DNA of 64,000 nucleotides from sequence record SRR31156797_589; one strand, 5' to 3'. Shown piece by piece: positions 59,239 to 64,000 of this stretch (position 1 is its first letter; each line of letters starts with the position of its first letter). The notes under the pieces were generated by a model. It saw only the letters and a program-made list of their open reading frames with translations, ran no database searches and was not told where the DNA came from. The position numbers and the translations under genes were made by a program.

Positions 59239-61455
59239 TTAATTTTCTCCGTCAGCACTTAGATGTGCATATTTCTCAATTAATTCTTTAACTCCATTGT
59301 TTTCAAATGCTATTTCCAGCTTCTTATTAGGTGAAGTACCGGAAGTACTTAATATCATGCCTTTGCCGAACTTCTTGTGATACACTGTATCACCTTTATC
59401 AAATGATAAACCTACTGTCGGTTTCTTATCCTTTACTTTCTTTGGTTTAGAGTATTCAAATGATTTCGTACCAATGCCAAAGTCCAAGCTGGAATTAACC
59501 CTAGGCTGTGATTTGCTTACTGTCTTTTTAGGTGTAATATCATTTAGAAGCTCATCAGGCAGTTCGTTAAGAAATCTTGAGCCAGAATTGTATTTCTTCT
59601 GACCAAATGTTACTCTGGATTTAGCCTTTGAGACAAAGAGAAGTTCCTTAGCACGAGTTATACCAACATAGCATAATCGTCTCTCCTCTTCCAGAGCATT
59701 TTTATCATCTAGTGACCTAAAATGCGGGAATAGCCCTTCCTCTAAACCAACTAAAAACACAATAGGATATTCCAAACCTTTTGATGAGTGAATAGTCATC
59801 ATTGTAACCTTTTGTTTGTCTTCGTCCATGTTATCAGTTTCTGATGTTAATGATACATTTTCCAAAAAGCTGGTTAATGTAGGTTCTTCAGCATCCTGTT
59901 CATATCTTTGTACAGCTGAAACAAACTCCTCAATATTTTGAAGACGAATTTCAGCATCTTCGGTCTTTAGCTCACGGTACATCTTGTCCAGTCCGCTTTC
60001 CGTTATAACAAATGTTACGTAATCTACTAAAGAATCCATTTCAGTACTTTTATTTTTTAAATCATTCAATAGAGTAACAAAATTATTAATCTTAGCATTT
60101 GCACGAGGAACGATACTATTCACAAGGTCAGAATTCTGCATTAAATCAAATAGTGATATTCCCTTGTCTGATGCGTAATCCATCAGCCTACCTACAGTAG
60201 TTTTACCTATAGCTCTCTTGGGTACATTTATAATTCTCTCAATTGCCACATTGTCACTAGGGTTAACGATTGCTCTAAGATATGCGACTACATCTTTTAC
60301 TTCTTTACGGTCATAGAACTTTACACCGCTGTACATCTTGTAGGGCACTCCCCTATTAACCAATGTACTTTCAATTACCTGAGACTGAGAGTTAGTACGA
60401 TATAGTATTGCCATATCGTCATAAGTATACTTACCTCTTAGTTTAGTAATTTCGTTATAGATAAAAAATGCTTCGTTCTTCTCAGTTTCACCTGAGAACA
60501 GTTTAATTTTATCCCCTGTACCTTTATCAGTCCAAAGTTCTTTTTCTTTTCTTTTAGTATTATTCTTAATAACACAATTTGCACAGTCAAGGATATTCTT
60601 TGTAGAGCGATAATTCTGTTCCAGTTTAAAAACATGTGTGCTAGCGAAATCATCTTCAAAATTTAATATATTGCTGATATCTGCACCACGCCAGCTGTAT
60701 ATTCCCTGATCATCATCTCCAACTACACATATATTGCCGTGTTTAATGCTAAAAAGTCTTACTAAAGTGTATTGGGTTAAGTTGGTGTCTTGATATTCAT
60801 CTACATGGATATATTTGAATTTATTCTGATAGTATTTTAATATCTCTGGCTTTTCTACAAATAGTTCTAGGGTTTTAACCAATAAATCATTGAAGTCCAG
60901 AGCATTATTAGCTTTCATCATATTTTCATATTTGCTGTATGCTTTGCAGATTAATTTGTTTCTGTGGTCATCACCGATATATTTTAAGTATTCTTCTGGT
61001 GATTTTAGATTATGCTTGGCTTCAGAAATGTGATATTTTACAGTACGAGGATTCAATACAGATGCATCAATATCCAGCTCTTTTAATGCTTGCTTGACTA
61101 TGGACAGCGTATCATCGTCATCATAGATAGAGAAACTCCTTGTATAGTTTTCTCCAAGTTCATTTATATGCTTGCGCAGTATTCTAGAGCACATTGCATG
61201 GAATGTAAGTACCCACATATCATTTGCAGCATCTCCTAATTGCTCAACTATACGCTGCCTCATTTCCTTTGCAGCCTTATTAGTAAAGGTTATTGCAAGC
61301 ATCTGATACGGCTTAGCTAGTTCGTCTTGAATTATTTTTACTATCCGACCGGTCAGTACTCGTGTCTTACCGCTCCCTGCACCAGCTAGGACCAGCACAG
61401 CTCCGTCGGTCTGGTTAATTATCTTTTGCTGAACAGGATTATAATCAAACGCCAT
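59239..61455 (-). CDS. pcrA: ATP-dependent DNA helicase PcrA
   Basis: LAGAGSGKTRVL, VDEYQDTN, VGDDDQ, LEQNYRST, EEERRLCYVGITRA; start at MAFD (track start 61485). Confidence 0.97.
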   Translation of the reverse strand: MAFDYNPVQQKIINQTDGAVLVLAGAGSGKTRVLTGRIVKIIQDELAKPYQMLAITFTNKAAKEMRQRIVEQLGDAANDMWVLTFHAMCSRILRKHINELGENYTRSFSIYDDDDTLSIVKQALKELDIDASVLNPRTVKYHISEAKHNLKSPEEYLKYIGDDHRNKLICKAYSKYENMMKANNALDFNDLLVKTLELFVEKPEILKYYQNKFKYIHVDEYQDTNLTQYTLVRLFSIKHGNICVVGDDDQGIYSWRGADISNILNFEDDFASTHVFKLEQNYRSTKNILDCANCVIKNNTKRKEKELWTDKGTGDKIKLFSGETEKNEAFFIYNEITKLRGKYTYDDMAILYRTNSQSQVIESTLVNRGVPYKMYSGVKFYDRKEVKDVVAYLRAIVNPSDNVAIERIINVPKRAIGKTTVGRLMDYASDKGISLFDLMQNSDLVNSIVPRANAKINNFVTLLNDLKNKSTEMDSLVDYVTFVITESGLDKMYRELKTEDAEIRLQNIEEFVSAVQRYEQDAEEPTLTSFLENVSLTSETDNMDEDKQKVTMMTIHSSKGLEYPIVFLVGLEEGLFPHFRSLDDKNALEEERRLCYVGITRAKELLFVSKAKSRVTFGQKKYNSGSRFLNELPDELLNDITPKKTVSKSQPRVNSSLDFGIGTKSFEYSKPKKVKDKKPTVGLSFDKGDTVYHKKFGKGMILSTSGTSPNKKLEIAFENNGVKELIEKYAHLSADGEN

Positions 61456-61759
61456 TATTCTTCTCCGCTTCTTGTGATTTATCAATTATGGTTTTGTACC
61501 CGCCTGCTCCGTAGTTGAGACATCTGTTCACTCTGCTGATTGTTGCAGAGCTTGCACCAGTTTCTTTTACGATATTGTTATACGTTACCCCTTCGTTTAG
61601 CATTAGGGCTACATGATATCTTTGCGCTAATGCCTGTATTTCTGATATAGTACATAAGTCCTCAAAGAATGTATAACATTCTTCCAGACTTGTAATAGAG
61701 ATAATTGCTTTATACAATTCATCAGTAGATTTATTTTTTATCACAGGTTCATGTGGCAT
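61445..61759 (-). CDS. YerC/YecD TrpR-like protein
   Basis: ECY.FFEDLCTISEIQALAQR...TGASSATISRVNRCLNYG; upstream of pcrA. Confidence 0.93.
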   Translation of the reverse strand: MPHEPVIKNKSTDELYKAIISITSLEECYTFFEDLCTISEIQALAQRYHVALMLNEGVTYNNIVKETGASSATISRVNRCLNYGAGGYKTIIDKSQEAEKNNGV

Positions 61760-61864
61760 GAAAACTCCTAATTTTTAATAATTATTATTTTATTATATCA
61801 TATTGCTGTGGAATAAAAAACAGCAAATCCACAAAACATATCTGTAGGTAAAGTGAGGTGCTTT

Positions 61865-62548
61865 ATGCTTGTAATGTCTATCAGAACTTTATTGCTATAT
61901 GTAGTGGTTCTAATTATTGTAAGAATTATGGGAAAAAGAGAATTAGGGCAATTGCAGCCTTTTGAATTTGTTGTGGCAATTCTAATTGCTGACCTTGTTT
62001 CAATTCCTATGTCAAATACTGGAGTACCGATATTCTATGGAATTATTCCAGTATTGACATTGCTTGTTGCCCATCTGACAATATCACAATTATCCTTAAA
62101 ATCAACGTGGTTTCGCAATTTAACCAGCGGAAGACCAACAATTGTTATCAGCAAGGGTAAAGTTGAGGAAAAAACGCTGCGTAATCTAAGGTATTCATTG
62201 GATGATTTATTTGAACAACTGCGTTTAAATGATGTATTCTCAATTGCTGATGTGGAATATGCAATACTTGAGACCAGCGGCAGACTGTCATTGCTGTTAA
62301 AAAGCAGTAAGCGTCCTCCTAACATAGAAGATTTCAGAGGCAAGAGTGTTACTAATCCTCCTGTTTTAGTACCAAGGAATGTAATAGTAGATGGTGAAAT
62401 AATTGATGATGAGCTAAAGCTCAGCAGATTTGATAATACTGAATTAATAAGCAATTTAGATAAATTAGGACATAGTGATTTAAAAAAAATATTTATCTGT
62501 ACTGTTGTTGAGAAAAATATTTCATACATTCAGCTCAAGGAGAGATAA
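61865..62548 (+). CDS. DUF421 / YetF-family membrane protein
   Basis: RIMGKRELGQLQPFEFVV, DVEYAILETSGRLS; ATG after gaggtg (track start 61853). Confidence 0.92.
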   Translation: MLVMSIRTLLLYVVVLIIVRIMGKRELGQLQPFEFVVAILIADLVSIPMSNTGVPIFYGIIPVLTLLVAHLTISQLSLKSTWFRNLTSGRPTIVISKGKVEEKTLRNLRYSLDDLFEQLRLNDVFSIADVEYAILETSGRLSLLLKSSKRPPNIEDFRGKSVTNPPVLVPRNVIVDGEIIDDELKLSRFDNTELISNLDKLGHSDLKKIFICTVVEKNISYIQLKER

Positions 62549-62550
62549 TT

Positions 62551-62931
62551 ATGAAAACAATACTGATAATCATATGTACTTTAGTATTAATAATTGTGTT
62601 TGATGTAACAGCAATGAATTTTATTGAAAAAGAGATGAGATACTATGAAGATAATATCTCATCTGCTGTTAAAAACATAGAAAGTGAAGATTATGAAGCT
62701 GCCCTTACATCAATAGAAAGAATTGACAGCAAATGGTCAGAAAACGAATATAAATGGAATATGCTTTGCGACCATGCAGAAATCGAACAAATAACAATAC
62801 TTCTGCAGAATGTAAAAGTTAACTACAAATCACAAGCTTATGATGAAGTACTGATTGATTTAGAGGAACTTAAATGTTCTCTATTATTCACATCGATGCG
62901 ATATAATATCGTGCTTCATAATATTATTTAG
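62551..62931 (+). CDS. DUF4363-family protein
   Basis: N-terminal TM, W......W....DH.EI..I; usual partner of DUF421. Confidence 0.75.
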   Translation: MKTILIIICTLVLIIVFDVTAMNFIEKEMRYYEDNISSAVKNIESEDYEAALTSIERIDSKWSENEYKWNMLCDHAEIEQITILLQNVKVNYKSQAYDEVLIDLEELKCSLLFTSMRYNIVLHNII

Positions 62932-63573
62932 TTATTTCTCCTGGTTTTCTTTATCTTTTTTCTTGGAAAAGAGTGGATTCTCTTCCCCTCTTAACAGCCT
63001 TCCGATATTCTTGCGATGCAGGAATAAAATCAGAGCACCAATACAGGTTAAAAATATCTTAAAAGCTAATGAATAGCTAGGAACAAACCATGCGACCAAT
63101 GGATAAATAAAGAAAATAGTAATTGAAGCTGCTGAAACATATCTGGTAATGACAATAGATATTATACCAGCTAGTAGAATCAACGCAGTTATTATTGGAT
63201 TAAATGCAAATAATATTCCTGTGCTGGATGCAACACATTTGCCACCCTTGAATTTAGATAATACAGGGAAAGCGTGACCTAATACTACACCTGCACCTGC
63301 AGTAATTCCAGCTAATTCAGATACTGCTTCACTGCTGTTAAATAACTTCATAGCTATAAATGCTGGTAAGAATCCCTTTAGCATATCTAGAATGAAATTA
63401 ATAATACCGAATTTGGGACCCATTACTCTGAAAACATTAGTTGAGCCAGCATTCATACTGCCTTTAGTTCTGATGTCATAGCCTGCAAATGTTTTTGATA
63501 GAAATACAGCTGGTGACAGCGACCCTATAAAGTAGCAGACCAGCAATATAATTACATAATAATACCAGTTCAT
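62932..63573 (-). CDS. plsY: Glycerol-3-phosphate acyltransferase PlsY
   Basis: DIRTKGSMNAGSTNVFR, DMLKG, GHAFP..KFKGGK.VA, HRKNI.RL..GEE. Confidence 0.96.
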   Translation of the reverse strand: MNWYYYVIILLVCYFIGSLSPAVFLSKTFAGYDIRTKGSMNAGSTNVFRVMGPKFGIINFILDMLKGFLPAFIAMKLFNSSEAVSELAGITAGAGVVLGHAFPVLSKFKGGKCVASSTGILFAFNPIITALILLAGIISIVITRYVSAASITIFFIYPLVAWFVPSYSLAFKIFLTCIGALILFLHRKNIGRLLRGEENPLFSKKKDKENQEK

Positions 63574-64000
63574 TATTCATCGCCTCCTCTAGTTCTACAA
63601 ATTATTTTTATTGGTGTTCCTAAAAAGTCAAAAGTTTTACGGAAATGGTTTTCCAAATACCTTAAGTATGATTCTGGCATCAAGTCTTCATTATTTACAA
63701 ACAAAAGAAATGTAGGCGGAGCAACTGTAACTTGTGTAGCGTATAATATATTTAACTTTCGTCCCTTGTTTGTAGGTGGGGATACCAGCATTACAGCTTC
63801 ATCAATAGTGTCGTTTAATAAACCTGTTGTTATCTTAGTCTCTGTTTTTTCCTTAACTTTATTGACCATTTTAAGGATATTATCTACTCTTTTACCTGTT
63901 AGACATGAAATAAATATCATAGGAGCATAGTCAATGAAATATAATGAAGAGTATATTTTATTAGTGAATTCTTTCATCGTATTGTTGTCTTTTTCAACTA
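63573..64000 (-). CDS. der: Ribosome biogenesis GTPase Der (EngA), 3' part, truncated by window edge
   Basis: YATQVTVAPPTF.LFVN....M..SYLRYLEN.FR..FDF.GTPI KH-like domain; upstream of plsY. Confidence 0.95.
   Translation of the reverse strand, partial: VEKDNNTMKEFTNKIYSSLYFIDYAPMIFISCLTGKRVDNILKMVNKVKEKTETKITTGLLNDTIDEAVMLVSPPTNKGRKLNILYATQVTVAPPTFLLFVNNEDLMPESYLRYLENHFRKTFDFLGTPIKIICRTRGGDE

Overview
Low-GC chromosomal window from a Clostridia-type (Bacillota) bacterium. Most of it is housekeeping: floA, pflBA, hpf, polA-coaE, bioY, ftsAZ, eno, rpmG-secE-nusG-rplKA, lysA, miaB-mutSL-miaA-hfq, lexA, a Xer-type recombinase, pcrA-ligA and der-plsY. It also holds a partial type IV pilus operon (pilD, three minor pilins including a 900-aa PilX-like protein, pilMNO). 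The standout accessory region is a ~6-kb AT-rich array (18.7-24.7 kb) of eleven small co-oriented genes. Several resemble polymorphic-toxin immunity families (MafI, DUF4279, DUF6881). No intact toxin is present, but short decayed toxin-like C-terminal stubs sit directly in front of several genes. The array also carries a free-standing EF-Tu domain-III-like protein that lacks the Doc-target threonine, a possible toxin decoy. Other points of note: an apparently catalytically dead EVE/PUA-like-HNH protein, an orphan Phd antitoxin with its operators, tandem BirA operators, a frameshifted Crp/Fnr pseudogene, and a perfect palindrome (possible dif/operator site) at the recombinase promoter. All family assignments come from motif recognition by eye; no searches were run. 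No rRNA, tRNA, CRISPR array or transposase was recognised.
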